This document shows, piece after piece, positions 11,692 to 24,884 of a DNA stretch of 64,000 bases. Each line of letters begins with the position of its first letter. Within the stretch, counting starts at the first letter, position 1. Source of the DNA: Scenedesmus sp. PABB004 (lineage: Eukaryota). The translations under genes and the position numbers were made by a program. The notes beneath the pieces are model-generated. The model was not told the DNA's origin, searched no databases, and was given only the letters and a program-made list of their open reading frames with translations. Location of the stretch: positions 1,302,001 to 1,366,000 of the forward strand of contig JABVCE010000002.1 in NCBI GenBank assembly GCA_014905635.1, read 5' to 3'.

Positions 11692-13731
11692 TCAGAGCTT
11701 GGCGGCCCCGCCCAGCTGCAGCGCGTCGCCCGGCTGGCGCGGCGCAAAGAAGCTCTCCACCAGCTCTGGCGGCACCTGCGGGCGGCGGCGCCAGGCCCGG
11801 GTCGTCGTCGGCGGCGGCGGCGGCGCGCGGCCTCAGCCAGCCCCTGCTGCGCCGGGCGCCGCGCCGCGCCGCGCCGCGCCTGCTCGGGCCCCGCGTGCGC
11901 CCAGCGCGGCGCGTCGTCCTTGTCGACCAGCCGCGCGCGCACGCCCTCCACAAAGTCGCCGCGGCCGTCGCAAAAGTGGCCCGCCAGCAGCGCGTCGGTG
12001 GCGAGGCAGTCGAGGGGGCCGAGCGCGCGCGCCCGCGCGCGCCGGTAGTAGGCCAGCGTGACCGCGGCCGACAGCGGCGACCCCCTGCGCCGTGCGGCGC
12101 GGCGCGGCGCGGGGTGGGCGCGGAGCGGCGCGGGCGCGCGCGCGCCGGGGCCACGCGCGCACCGTTGCAGCGCCGCGAGCGCGCCGTCACAAAAGGCGCG
12201 CTGCGCCGTCTCGGCGCGCAGCGCGGCGGCGACCTCGGCCACGCTCGCGCGCCCGAAGCAGCGGTTGATGACCGGCAGCGCCGCGGACAGCTCGCCGGCG
12301 CCGTCGCTCGGGCTGTACGCAGCCGCCGCGCCGCCGGCGCCGCCGGGCTGCGCCGCCGCCGCCGCATCGGCCTCGATGCTGCGCAGAGCTGCGTCCACGG
12401 CCGCGAGGTCGCGCCCGCCGGCGCCGCGCGCCACCGCCGCGAGGCGCGGGCGCACGAGGTGCAGGTGCGCGCTCGGGATGAAGTGCGTGGCGAGGCCCGC
12501 CCACACCAGCTGCGCGCCTGCGCAGCGGGCGCGGGCGCGCCGGTCGCGGCCACGGGGGCGCCGCGCCGCGCGCGCGCGCGCGTGCGCACGCGCGCACGCG
12601 CGCGCGCACGCCAGGCGGCGGGGGCCGGCCGCGCACGCGGACACGCGTGGTCCGGGTCGCACCTGTCAGCCGCGCGCCTGTGAGCGCGAGGTATGCGCCG
12701 AGCTCCCCGGGCAGGTGCGGCAGCAGCGCCATCATGCCGACGTCGGGGAAGAGGCCGATGGCGCACTCGGGCATCGCAAACACGCTCCTGCGCGCCGCGC
12801 GCGGGCGCGCCGCGGTGGGGCGCCGCCCGCCCGCCCGGCGCCGCGCCTGCCCCCGCCGCGCGCGCGCGCGCGCGCACCGCTCGGTCGCGACGCGGAACGC
12901 GCCGTGCATGGCCAGCCCCGCGCCGCCGCCCATGACGATGCCGTCGAGCAGCGCGACCTGGCCCAGCCCCGCGCCCGCGAGGCACGCCACGTCGCCGTCG
13001 GCCGCGTACTCGGCGCGAAAGAAGGCCAGCGCGGCGCGCGCCTCCCCCGCCGCCACGTGCGCGGCGACCGCCTTGACGTCGCCGCCGGCGCAGAAGGCCT
13101 GGACGGAAGGGGCCGGGGAGGGGCGCAGCCGCGTGGTCGGGGCGCGCGGCCCGGCGAGGCTGGCCCGGCGCGGCGAGACGCGGCGCCGTGGCGCGCGCGC
13201 ACCTTGTCGCCCGCGCCCTGCAGCACCACCGCGCGCACGCCACTCCCCGGCGCGGCCCAGGCGGTGTAGAGCTGGTGCAGCGTGGTGACCATGTCGGTGT
13301 TGAGCGCGTTGAGCGCGCGCGGCCTGCGGCACGGCACGTGCCCGGCGCAGGCGTCGGCGCGGGGCTCGCGGCTGCGGCCTGCTGCGGGTGGCCGCCCCCT
13401 CCGGCTCGGACGCACCTGTTGAGCGTGATGACGCCGATGCCGTCCTCCACGGAGGCCAGCACCTGCGCAGGGCGGGCAGCAGCAGCGGTCGGCAGCGGCG
13501 GGGGCTGGGGCGACGCGGCCGTGCCGCGTCATCGCCCCGCCTGACGCGTCGCGTCGCGTGCAGTCGGTAGGCCGCGGCCCTGCTGCGTGGGGCGCGCGGC
13601 GGTTGCTGCCGGCGCACCGGCGGCTCCGCTGCCGCCATGCTGCTGCTCGCCGCGCGCCGCGCGCAGAGGAGGCGCGAGACCGCGCTCAAGCTCGAACGCG
13701 ATGGAGGGCGTGGCAGGCGCGCCACGAGCAT
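11692..13731 (-). CDS. HIBCH: 3-hydroxyisobutyryl-CoA hydrolase-like (crotonase family), 8 exons
   Basis: ITLNRPRALNALN, AFCAGGDVK, DGIVMGGGAGL, FAMPECAIGLFPDVG, YLALTGARL, GLATHFIPS, DFVEGVRARLVDKDDAPRW; mitochondrial-type presequence. Confidence 0.92.
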
Positions 13732-13855
13732 GAGCGGCGGCGGATGCTGTCGTGCCAGACGCAGCGGCGCCGCTGCGTGTGCGGGAGTGTGTGCCGGCCG
13801 GCGAGCGCCGCGGGCAAACGGGGTTGCCGCCGCAATCCCAGCCAACGCGGCAGCA

Positions 13856-14003
13856 TCACGGCCGCACGTCACCCGTGCCGCCGCAGCACGTGCCGCCGCT
13901 CGTCAAGGCGCAGAACCTCGGCCGACTGACGCAAGCTGCCCCGCCGCGGCAGCGCAGAACGCGGCCAGCACGGCGTGCGCGCCCGCCCAGCAGCCGCCCT
14001 CTG

Positions 14004-14047
<44 letters not shown>

Positions 14048-16789
14048 CGCGCGAGGTGTGCTGCGGCCGCGCCGCCCAGCCACGTGCGCGTCCCCTCCAG
14101 CAGCTCCGCCTCGCTGCGCCGCTGCTGCTCGCGGCACTCGCCGGCGTCGCCGTCCGCTGCCGCCGCCGCCTCGGCGCTGCCGCTGGCGCCGCTCGGTGCG
14201 TCGCCCGGCAGCAGGAGAGGCGGCGCCGGCGGCCGCAGCGGCGGCGGCGGGCGCGCACGCGGGCGGCCCCGCGCGCGCCTCGGCGGCGGCCGCCAGCAGG
14301 CGCTGGTTGGCCGGGTCTGCCAGCCCCAGCGCGGCCGTCGCGGCCGCGCACGCCGCGGCCGCGATGTCCTCGAGCGCCGCGGCCGCGGCCACGGCCGCGC
14401 TGTGGCGCGCCCGGCCGGCGTGCTGCTGCCGCACCGAGGCCGCGGCGGCCCCAAACTCGGCAAGAAACTCATCGAGCGAGGCAAACCACCCCCGCGCCGC
14501 GCGCATCGCGACCGCCGCCAGCGGCAGCGCCTCTGCCGCCGCTGCCTGCGTCCCGCCGCGCGGCGGCGCCGGGCGGGCGCCGCGCTGCCTGCCCGGCTGC
14601 GGCGCTGGCCGTCCGCGCGCCTCGCGGATGCGCGGGTCGCGCAGCAGCAGGCCGCCCAGGAGCTGCAGCTGCTGCTGCACCTGCCTGAACAGCGCCGCTG
14701 CCTGGGCGCGCTGCGCGTCGTTCAGCGGCGGCGCCGGCGCCGGCTGCGCCTGCTCCGCAGCACGCCCGACCGCGGCTGCTGGGGCGTCAGCCGGGGCTGG
14801 CCCGGCTGGCTGCTGCTCCTGCTGAAGCTGCTCCTGCGGCTGCTGAAGCTGCTCCTGCGGCTGCACGACGGCGGCCGCAGGCACGGGCGCCGGTGCCGCG
14901 GCCCCCCAGACCGACAGCTGGTGCTGGAGGTGCTGCAGCGCGGCGGCCGACGCGCGCTCGAGCGCGCCCCCCAGCGCGCTCGCCGCGTCGCCGGCGGCGT
15001 GGCAGCACGCCTGCACCACCGCACTGCTGCTGCTGGTGCCGCCGGCCTGCTGTGCTGGCGGCGACCCGCCAAACACGCCGAGCACCTCTGGCGGCAGCTC
15101 CTGCGCCGCGAGGTGGCTGGTCGCCAGCAGCAGCACGCCGCGGCCCTGCAGGGCAGCCAGCTGCTGCTCAAACGCCGACCAGGCGGCCGACAGGCGCCGC
15201 CGCGGCGCGCCCTGCTCGCCGCGCTGCTGGTCGCGCGGCCGGAGCCGCCGCGGGGCCTTCCTGCCCACCCCCGGCGACACACCGCCTGCCGCCGTCAGTA
15301 GCAGCAGGTTGTTCAGCTGGTCGCGCTGCGCTTCGCTCGGCGCGGCGTCCTCGCCGTCGCTGCCTCCGTCGCTGCTGCTGCTGTCGCTGCTGCCGCCGCC
15401 GCTGCTGCTGCTGCTGCTGCTGCTGCTCATCACGCCCTCCATGGCCCGGCCTCGGCTGCTGAGCGCTGACTTGCTGTGCCGCCATGACCCGGGCAGCCAG
15501 GGGGCGTCCTGCTCACCGCTGCGGCCCTGGCCAGCGGCGCCGGCGCGCTTGGGCGACTCCAGCGCCCACAGCTGCGGGCCGCAGCAGGCAGCGGCGGGCA
15601 GCGGCAGGCAGCGGCAGCTCAGCGGCGACGGGGAGGGCGGCTGGGCTGGGCAGGGCAGGCGGCGCGCTCTCCCGCACCTCAAGGCGCGGCAGGTGCAGCA
15701 CCAGCAGCTGGCCCCGCCCGCCCTTGCTGAGCGCCTCGCGCATGCCGCACGCGAGGCCGCGCCCCACGTCGCCGTCGCCGGCCAGCAGCATGCCCGGCAG
15801 GCTCAGCGTGTGCACTGCCGGCGCCGAGCAGGCGCCCAGCAGCTGCAGCGTCGCCGCCGCGAGCTCGCCCTGCCCCGCGGCGCCGTGGCCGGCCAGCAGC
15901 AGGGCGTGGCAGCCCTGGCTGCCGTCGGCGGCGGGGCCGCCGAGCGGGCCGCCGCCGCTTGCGACGGGCGCGTCGTCGCCGCTGCCCACGTCTGGCTGCT
16001 GGGCCTCGATCACGCCCAGCCCGGCCAGCAGGCCCTCCAGCTGCCGCTGGCCCTGCTGCCCCTGCTGCCCAGCGCGCGGCGCGCCCGCGGCGGCCGCCGC
16101 CAGGCGCTCCGAGCCCTCGGCCGGGAGCAGCAGCCAGCGCGCCAGCACGAGGACCACGCGCGCGAGCGCCGGCAGCAGCAGCGGCGCCAGGGGCGCGGCC
16201 AGGGGCGCCGCCGGGCTGAGGCCCGCCATGCTGCTGAGCTCGCGCTTGCTCGCCGGCGGCCCGGCGGTGGCGAGGGCGTCAAACCAGTCGCAGGGCAGCA
16301 CCTCGACCGGCGGCAGCAGCGGCAGGCCTGGCGGCGCGGCGCTGAGCGCGTGCGCGGCCTGGCATCCAGGCGACTCTGCCCGCTGCGTCTGCGTCTGCTC
16401 CGCCTCCGCCTCGTCGTCGTCACAGGCCATCGCAGCGCCGGCGCCAGCGTCGCACTCCATCGCCGCCGCTGCCGCGGGGTCCTGCTCGGCCGCCGCCGGC
16501 GCCAGCCGCTGGGGTTCCAGCGGCGCGATCGGCTGCAGCAGCGGCATGTCCAGGGGCGCCGTCATAAAGTCAGTCAGCGCCGCCAGGAAGCAGCCGCCGG
16601 GCTGCGCCGCTGCGTCCGCCGCACGTGTGCCACCGCCCGGGCCGCCCTCTGGCGACGCGCCCGGGCTGCCGCCCCCGCCCGGCGCGCCCTGGGCGGGGCC
16701 GCGCGCCACGGCGCCTGCCGCGTCGGGCGGCGGGCTGGGCACGGGCTGCTGCTCCTGCTGCTCGCCCCCGTCCTCGCTCCCCAGCAGCA

Positions 16790-16839
<50 letters not shown>

Positions 16840-19073
16840 GCCTGCCGCTGCTGCTGCTCGACGCGCGCCAGGAGGTCGGGCGCGGCGCGCCGCACCGCCG
16901 CGAGCAGCGCGCCGGCGGCGAGGGCCGTGAGGTCGGCGCCGGCGTAGCCGTCCGTCGCCGCCGCGAGCCGCGCCAGCAGCGCCGCCGGCGGCGCGGGCTG
17001 CCACCGCCGCGTGAGCACGTCCAGGATCGCGCGGCGCTCGCCGAGGCTGGGCAGCGCGAACGCGACCTCCCGGTCGAAGCGCCCCGGGCGGCGCAGCGCG
17101 GGGTCGATGGCGTCGGGCCTGGCCGCGGCCGCGGGGCGGCGGCCGCGTGGGCGGACGCGCGCTGCCGGGCGGCGCCGCGGGCGCGGGCGGCGGCGGGCGC
17201 GCACCGGTTGGTGGCGCCGATGACGAGCACCTGGCCCCGGTCAGTCAGGCCATCCATGAGCGCCAGCAGCACGCTGACCACGCTGGCAAAGATCTGGTCG
17301 CTGCTGCCAGCCCTGCGCCCGGGCCGGAGGGCGGCGGTCCGCGCCGGGGCGGTGAGCGGCGGGCCGGCGCGCGCGCGCGTGCGTGCGCGCGCGCTGGGGG
17401 CGCGAACCTGAGCGCCGCCGCGCCCCGCGCCGCGGCGGCGCCCCCGGCCGCGCCGCCGCGCGGGCTGACCTGACGCTGCGCGGCGGCACGAGGCCGTCGA
17501 GCTCGTCGAGGAAGATGATCGACGGCGCCGCTGCTGCGGCCATGTCAAAGAGCAGGCGCAGGTGCAGCTCCGCGTCGCCGGCGTACTTGCCGAGGCAGTC
17601 GGTGCCCTTGCGCGCAAAGAGCGCGACCGGGCGCCGCGCGGCGCCGCCGCCGCCCGGCGCGGCCGCGGCCGCGGCCGCGCACTCGGCGGCGAGCGCGCGC
17701 ACGATCGCGGTCTTGCCGGTGCCGGGCGGGCCGTGCAGGAGGATGCCGCTGGGGCGGCGCGGCGCGCACGGCGCGGAGGTGGGTCCCCGGCGTGAGGCGC
17801 GGCCGCGCGGCGCGGCGCGGGGCCTGGCCCGGCGTCGTCGCCGCGGCGGCTCGCTCACCGCGGCGGCGTGATGCCGAGCTGCGCCATGAGCGCCGGGTGC
17901 GCCAGGGGGACGAGCACCATCTCCCGCAGCGCGCGCTTCACCTCGTGCAGGCCGCCGACGTCGGCAAAGCCGCCACCCGGCGGCGCGCCGCCCGGCGGCG
18001 GCGGCGCGAGCGTCACCGGCGCGAGCAGCCCGCGCGCCTTGCGCAGGCGCTTGGCGTCCTTTGCCGCGATGACCGCCTCGTCCGGCTCGGAGCCCGCCTC
18101 GTGCGCGGCCAGCTCCTCCGCCAGCGCGCGGGCGGCGGCCTGCGCGCGCGGGCGCGGGGAGGGCGTGGGACCGTGCGGCCGGGCGGCGCGGCGGCGCCGC
18201 GCCGCGCGCCGCTCGCGTAGCAGCGCGCACCCGCGCGGCGTCCACGTGCGCGCCCAGCGCCTCGGCGGTCATGGCGTTGCGCCGTCGCCGGCCGCCGCCG
18301 CCGCCGCCGCCGCCGCCGCTGCTGCGCGGGCGCTTCCCGGCGAGCTTGAGGTGCGCCAGCGGCCTGCCCGCGGCGGGGCGGCGCGCGGCGCTCGGCGCGC
18401 CGCCGCTGCCGGCGCGGGGGCGCCGCGCCGCGCCCGCCGCGCCCGCCTGCGCGCGCACCCGGCGGCCGCGCCGCTGGCGGCCGCGGCGCCGCGGGCGCGG
18501 CGGGTCTCCGCTTCAAAGAGGGGCGCGTGGTCGGGGCAGGCCATGAGGTACAGCTCGGCGTTGAACCCCGCGCCCGCCTCGATGGCGCAGGGCAGGTGGA
18601 ACGTCCGCGCGCACGACGGCAGGCGGCACCCGATCGCCGCGCCCGCGCGGCCGCAGCCGGTGCAGCGCAGGTTGCGCGCGCGCCTGACCTCGCCGCCGAC
18701 GGAGCGCAGGCGCAGGCGCTCGTCCTGCGACGTCTGCGGTCGCGAGTGCGGCGGGGCGGCGGCGGCGAAAACGCGCGGGGCGCCGGCGCGGGTCGGCCGG
18801 GCCGCCGCCGCGCGCTGCCTGCCCCCTGCCCGCCAGCGCGCGCGTCCCCACCCACGCCAACCGCCGGCGCACCATCGGGCTCCAGACCGCGCACTCGTGG
18901 TGCACCCACACGGCGTCGTAGCCGGACCGCGAGGCGTTGTAGGGGCCCTCCATGCGCCCCAGCCGGCCGCCGTGCGCGCGCGCGTCGCCGCCGCAGAACG
19001 CGCAGAGCCGCGTCGGCGGCGGCGCCGCTGCCGGCGCGTGCGGCGGCGGGGCCGGCGCCGCCGCCGCGGCCAT
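13856..19073 (-). CDS. ePHD zinc finger plus AAA+ ATPase, ATAD2/Yta7-related (plant BRP1-like); C-terminus uncertain (13856 or 13903)
   Basis: CAFC...WVHHECAVWSP...CTGCGRAGAAIGCRLPSCARTFHLPCA...CPDH; [79 protein letters not shown]; degenerate second AAA module. Confidence 0.88.
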
Positions 19074-19783
19074 GGCGGCGGCCGGGGGGGGGGGGGGGTG
19101 TGCGGCCAGGCTCAGGCCCAGTCCGGGCGATCGGGCATGCGCTCGCCGGCGGCAACGCCGCGCGGCGGCGCCGCCGTGCGTTCGAGCGGCGGCGCGCGCG
19201 GCGCTGCTGGCGGGCGGGGCTGATCGCTCGGCGGCCGTGCCGGGCGGAGGCGACGGGAGTCCCTCCGCTGGGCGGAGCGGAGCTGCAGGCGCGCCGGGCG
19301 CGGCGGCGCAGCGGCGCGCTTCACGCCGCGGCGGGCGCGCGGACATGCGCTCCCGGCGCCGCCCGCTGCGCGGGCAGTAGTGCGCTGTTCGTCTGCGCAG
19401 CGCCTGACGCCCGCCGCGGCCTCCAGACGCCTGTGCAAGGCGCTCGCCCGCGCGCCGCGCTCCGGCACCCCGCAGCCGCCCGCCCCCGCCCCGCCCTCTT
19501 GCACCCGCAGCTGCGTGCCCCGCGCGCACCGCCAAGCCACGCCGGGAGAGCGCGGGCCTGCGCGCGGTGGGCCCCGCGGCCCGCATCTTCCTTCCCCCCG
19601 CTCGCGACGCCAGCCATGCGCTGAGCCGGCGCGCCGGGAGCGAGGTGCGAGGCACAGGCGCAGGCGCAGGCGCAGCGGCCGCGCGCCCGCGCCCGCGGCC
19701 CCGCGAGCTCAGCGCGCCGCCGCCGCGCCGCGCCCGCCGCTGCTGCTGCTCGCGCGCGCAGCGGCGTAGGCGGCGCCGCGGCG

Positions 19784-22363
19784 ATGTCGCAGCCCTACGC
19801 GGGCTACACCTGGCCGCCGGGCTACGGCTACCCGCCGCAGCAGCAGGCGCCGTCGGCAGCCCCGCACGGCAGCTACGCCGGCTGGCCGGGCTACGCCCAC
19901 CCGCAGCAGCAGCAGCAGGCAGCGTACGACCCCGCGTACGCGGCGTGGTACGCGCAGCAGGCGCAGGCGCAGCAGGCGCAGCAGGCGCAAGCACAGCAGG
20001 CGCAGGCGCAGCAGGCGGCCGGGGCGCCGCCGCTGCCGGCCGAGGCGCCGCCGCCGCTGCCGCCCGGGGCCGGCGCGGCGCCCGCGGCGGCGACGCCCGG
20101 CGCGGCGCAGGCGCAGTACCAGCAGCCGTACGCCGCCTACGCGTACACGCCGCAGCAGCAGGCTCAGGCGCAGGCGCAGGCGCAGGCGCAGGCGCAGCAG
20201 CAGGCCTACGCCGCCTACGCCTACCACAGCGCGGCGCAGCACCAGCAGGCGCAGCAGGCCCAGCAGCAGCAGGCACAGCAGCAGGCGCAGGCGCAGGCGC
20301 AGGCGCAGGCGCAGGCGCAGCAGCAGGCGCAGGCGCAGCAGGCGCAGGCGCAGCAGCAGCATTCGTACGCTAACGCATACGCCCCGCAGGTGGTGACGGC
20401 GCCCCCGCCCGCGCCCTCGCCCGCGCCCGGGGGCACCCCCGACTACTCCCGCATGCCGCCCCCCGCCTCGCTCGGGACCCCCGGCGCGCGGCCGCCGCTG
20501 TGCGGCGCCGCGCCGCCCGCCGGGGCGCCAGCGGCGTCGCCCGTGGTCGAGGCCATGCGCGCGGCGGCGGCGGCGGCGGCGAGCCGGGCCGCGACGGGCG
20601 GCGTGCCCGCGCCCGCGCCCGTGCCCGCGCCCACCCCCGCCGGCGCCCCGGTCGCCGGAAGCCATCACGCGCCGCTGTTCGTGTCGGTCGGCGGCGCCCC
20701 TGCGGCCGCGCCGGGCGCCGCCGCGGCGGTGGCGGCGGCGGCGGCGGGGGCGGCGGCCGCGGCGGCGGCGGCGGCGCAGCAGCAGCAGGCGGCGGGCGAC
20801 CTGCCCAAGTCGCTGCAGCAGTTTGTGGCGCGCGCGCTCGCGCTGCTCGGCCGCAGCAACGAGACGCGCGCGGAGCTGCGCACGGTGCTGCGTGACGTGA
20901 TTGCGAAGCACAAGAAGGAGGGCACGCTCTGGAGCACCGACTGGGACCGCCAGCCCCTGCCGACGCTCGCCAGCGCGGCGCACCTCAACGTGAGCATCGA
21001 AGCCGCGGGCCGCGCCGGCGCCGCCGCCGCCGCCGGCGGCGGGCGCGGCGGCGTGTGGGACCGCCTCGGCGCCGGCGCCGGCGCCGGCAACAAGCGGGCG
21101 CGCGGCGACGGCAGCGGCAGCGGCAGCGACGACGATGAGGAGGGCGACGCGTACGGCAGCTGGGGCCGCGGCCGCAAGCAGCGCGTCGAGATCGCGAGCC
21201 CCGGGTCGGGCAGGAAGGGGCAGAAGGGCAAGAAGGGCAAGAAGGCCCAGTGGGCGGCGGCGGCGGCGGACGAGGCGTGGCCGGTCGACCCGGCCGAGGC
21301 GGCCAAGGCGGCCGCGCGCAGCGCGCGCTTTGCCGGCGCGGGGCGCGGCCGCGGCCGCGGCGGCGGCGGCACGCTCGCGGCGTACGGCTGGGACGAGCGC
21401 GGCGTGGCGAACGACGAGTTCATCGTCGGCACGAGCGGCAAGCTCGAGAAGGGCTACCTCCGCCTCACGCGGCCGCCGCTGCCCGAGGAGGTGCGCCCGC
21501 AGCGCGTGCTGGCCGTCGCGCTGTCGCGCCTGCTGGGGCTCGTGGCGTCCAAGGGCGACAAGTACCTCTACTACAACGACCAGTTCAAGGCGATGCGGCA
21601 GGACCTCACCGTGCAGGGCATCAAGAACGACTTCACCGTGCAGGCACGCGCCGCGCGCCCGCGCCCCGCGCGCGCGCACCCCACCCGCGCGCGCGCGCCC
21701 GCCCCGCCCGCGCGCGCCCGCGCGCGCCCGCTCACGCCCGGCCGCCCTTCGCGCGCGCGCCGCGCGGCGCTCAGGTGTACGAGGCGCACGCGCGCGCGGC
21801 GCTCGAGTACGGCGACGGCGCCGAGTACAACCAGTGCCAGACGCAGCTCGCCATCCTCTACGCGTCGGGCCTGCCCGGCGCGCACGCCGAGTTTGGCGCG
21901 TACCGCCTGCTGTACCAGAGCGTGCACGCGGCCGCGGGCGAGGGCCGGCGCCTGCTCGGCACGCTGCGCCAGCTGCTGGGCAACAAGGTCGGCGCCGTCG
22001 CGGACGCGCCCGAGGTGCTGCACGCCATGCAGGTGCGCGACACGCCCGCGCGCGCCGCGCGCGCCGCGCTGCGCGGCAGGCCTGAGCCAGGCCGCCGCAC
22101 GCGCCGCGCGCCCACGCGCCGCGCCGCGCGCGTCAGGTGCGCGAGGCGCTCGCGGCGTCCAACGCGGGGCGCTTCTTCGCGCTGTACGCCACCGCGCCGC
22201 GCCTGGGGCGGCGCCTGATGGACGTCGCGGTCAAGCCGCTGCGCTGGCGCGCGCTCAACACGCTCGTGCGCGCGCACAAGCCGCTGCCGCTGCCGCTGGC
22301 CTTCCTCGCGACCTGCCTCGGCTTCCTGCTGCCGCCGGAGCCGCCCGCGGAGCAGCAGCAGGC

Positions 22364-22395
<32 letters not shown>

Positions 22396-22847
22396 CGCAG
22401 GGCGGGCGCGGCGCGGGGGGGCTGCAGCGGCAGCTCGCGGGCGTGACGGTGGACGCCGCAGGCGACCTGCTGCCGGGCTGCAGCGAGCGCAGCTGCACGG
22501 GCGACAACGAGCCGGCGCGGGACGAGGCCGAGGGGCTGGCGGCGTGCCTGGCGTGGTGCAAGCGCCACGGCGCGCTCTTTGACGACGAGTCGGGTGCGCG
22601 GGGCTCGCAAGGCCGCCGCGCTCCGCGCCGCCGCGCCGCCGCGCCTGGGCCGCCGCCCACCCGCCCGCCCGCCGCCCGCCCGCCCGCGCCGCCGCCGCCC
22701 CGCCCGCCCGCGCCGCCGCGCGCAGACCTGCGCAGCTGCTGCCTGCTCACCAAGGACTGCTGGGCGCGGCTGGAGGTGCCTGAGGACACCACCAAGGTCG
22801 CGCACGGCGACGCAAACCTCGACATTCGGGACTTCCTCGCGCTCTGA
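19784..22847 (+). CDS. SAC3/GANP-domain protein (LENG8/THP3/SAC3A-like), 4 exons
   Basis: Gln/Ala/Tyr-rich low-complexity N-terminus; [89 protein letters not shown]. Confidence 0.92.
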
Positions 22848-23488
22848 GCCCTGGCAGCGCCTCGCAGCGCCGCGCTGCGCCGGCAGGGGCGCCGCGGCGA
22901 GCGCGACGAGGAGCGCGGCGGCGGCGGCGCGTGGCGCCCGCGCGCGTGGGCCGCGGAGCCGCCGAGCGCCGCGTCGCTGGCCCCCCTGCTGCCAGCCCTC
23001 CCCGCGCGCCGTCGGCCCTCCCACCCTGCGACGGCCTCCCCGCGGCGACGCTGCAGGTGCGCGGCTGGCGAGCTCTGCAGGAGCACAAGGTATGCGGGTG
23101 GCCGCGCTGCCGCTGGCACCCACCCACACCCACCCACACCCACTCATGCGGATCTGACGGGCTGGTCCGTGCACGCTCATGCGTGTGTGTGGGTGCGTGC
23201 TACGCACGCTGTGGGCCCCTCCTCGCTCCGGCGCCTGCCTGCCCGCCCATGCCTCTCACTGCCCTGCCTGCGCGCTGCGGTCGCGTGCTGCGTCGGCTGT
23301 GCAGTTTGAATTTTGCGGGGCGGGGGGCGGATTGCACAGGCTCGATTGAGGGGGGTGTAGGTAGCGGCAGGCACAGCAGGGGGGGGGGGGGCGGGCGGGG
23401 TGCCCGCGCGCCCGTGCGCGTGGCCGCGAAGAAGCGAGGCCGAGCTGCCGAGCTCTCAAACACCGACCTGGTAACCACTCGTTACCGA

Positions 23489-24884
23489 TTACCACTGCGC
23501 CGCCGCCCACGGCCGCCAGCCGCGCGCGTACGCCTGCAGCGGCGCCGGCACGGCCGCCAGGTCGTCCGTCGTCAGGGGCGGCCCGCTGACGGCGACCAGG
23601 TTGGCGGCGTGGCCCGTCACCATGCTGCAGCAGTTGAGCTGGCCTTCAAACGCCTCGGCCATGGCCGCCAGCGCGGCGCGCGTGGTGGCGGCGTGGGGGT
23701 CGCCCGCGGCGCGTGCTGCGTCGGGCGCCGCGCCCAGGTTGGCGATCGCGCGCCCGCCCGGCGCCAGCCGCGCGCGCACGCCGCGCCACGCGTCCGCCTG
23801 CGGCCGGCCGGGGCGCCCGCGTCGGCAATTGGGCGGGCCGTGCGGCGTGTGCCGCGCCGGCGCCGCGGCCGCGGCCGCTGGCCGTTCCCGCGCGCGCGCG
23901 TCGCGCCTCTGTGAGCTGCGGGATGAGCGCGGCGCGGGCAAAGAGGTCCACGACGATCCCCGCCGCGCCCGCGGGGCCCACGCTCGCGGCGGCGGCGTCG
24001 AGCGCGTCGCCCACGTGCACGACCTGCGCGCGGCGCGGCGACGCGACGTGCGCCTCGGCCCCGCTGCTCGCGCGGCGCTGGGCGGCGGCGGGGCCGCGGG
24101 GCCGGGCGGCGGCGGGGCCGCGCGGCCGCGCACCAGCGCGCCGTCGCGCACGAGCGGGGCGAGGCCCATGTGCTGCTGCGCGAGCTCCACGACCGCCGCG
24201 TCCAGCTCCCAGCCGTGCGTCACGCGGCCGGGGAAGAGCGCCGCCACCAGGTGCGCGACCGTCCCCGCGCCGAGGCCGAGCACGGCGAGCGGCCCCGGCG
24301 GGCACCAGGCGGGCAGCACGGCGAGCGCGTCCCTGCGGCGCGCGGCGGCGGTGAGCCTCGGCGCGCGCGCCGCGCGTCTGCTAGCTGGTGGCGCCCGGCC
24401 CTGCGCACCAGTACGCGCCCGTCAGGGGCTGCCCGGCGCGGTAGACCGAGTGCAGGTTGCCTGCGCGCGCAGCGCCGGCGCCGCCGCGGTGAGCGCGGGT
24501 GAGCGCGGGCGAGCGCAGCGGAGCCCGCCGCGCCCCGGCGGCTGGCCGCCCGCGCGGCGCGCGGCCGCGCCCGCACCCGAGCTGTCCAGCAGCAGCACGC
24601 GCGCGCCTCGGACTTCGGCGGGGAAGTGGCGCGTGTCCGGCACCTAGCGTGTTCGGCCGCCACTGTCAACGGCCAGCCGCCGGCGGCGCGCGCGCGGGCC
24701 GGGGCGCGCGCACCTCGTAGACCGCCACGACCTCGTTGTGCTCGCTGTCCAGCTGCCCCAGGCACACCGGCTCGGGCTGCGCCCTGCAGGCCGCCGCGGC
24801 GCGACGGCGGCAGCGGCGCTGCGCCGGCCACGGCGCCGGCCGCGCCGCCGGCGCGCCGGCCGCTGCTGCGCCTGAGACCCGCAT
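23489..24884 (-). CDS. SAM-dependent methyltransferase of the spermidine-synthase-like fold, probably plastid-targeted (6 exons)
   Basis: RVLLLDSSGNLHSVY, TGAYWD, LAVLGLGAGTVA, GWELDAAVV, VHVGDAL, IVVDLF, LAPGGRAIAN. Confidence 0.85.

Noticed and set aside
19900..20360. CAG/GCG repeats as a distinct repeat element
   Set aside because: They encode the Gln/Ala low-complexity N-terminus of the SAC3 protein; poly-Q is common throughout the window.
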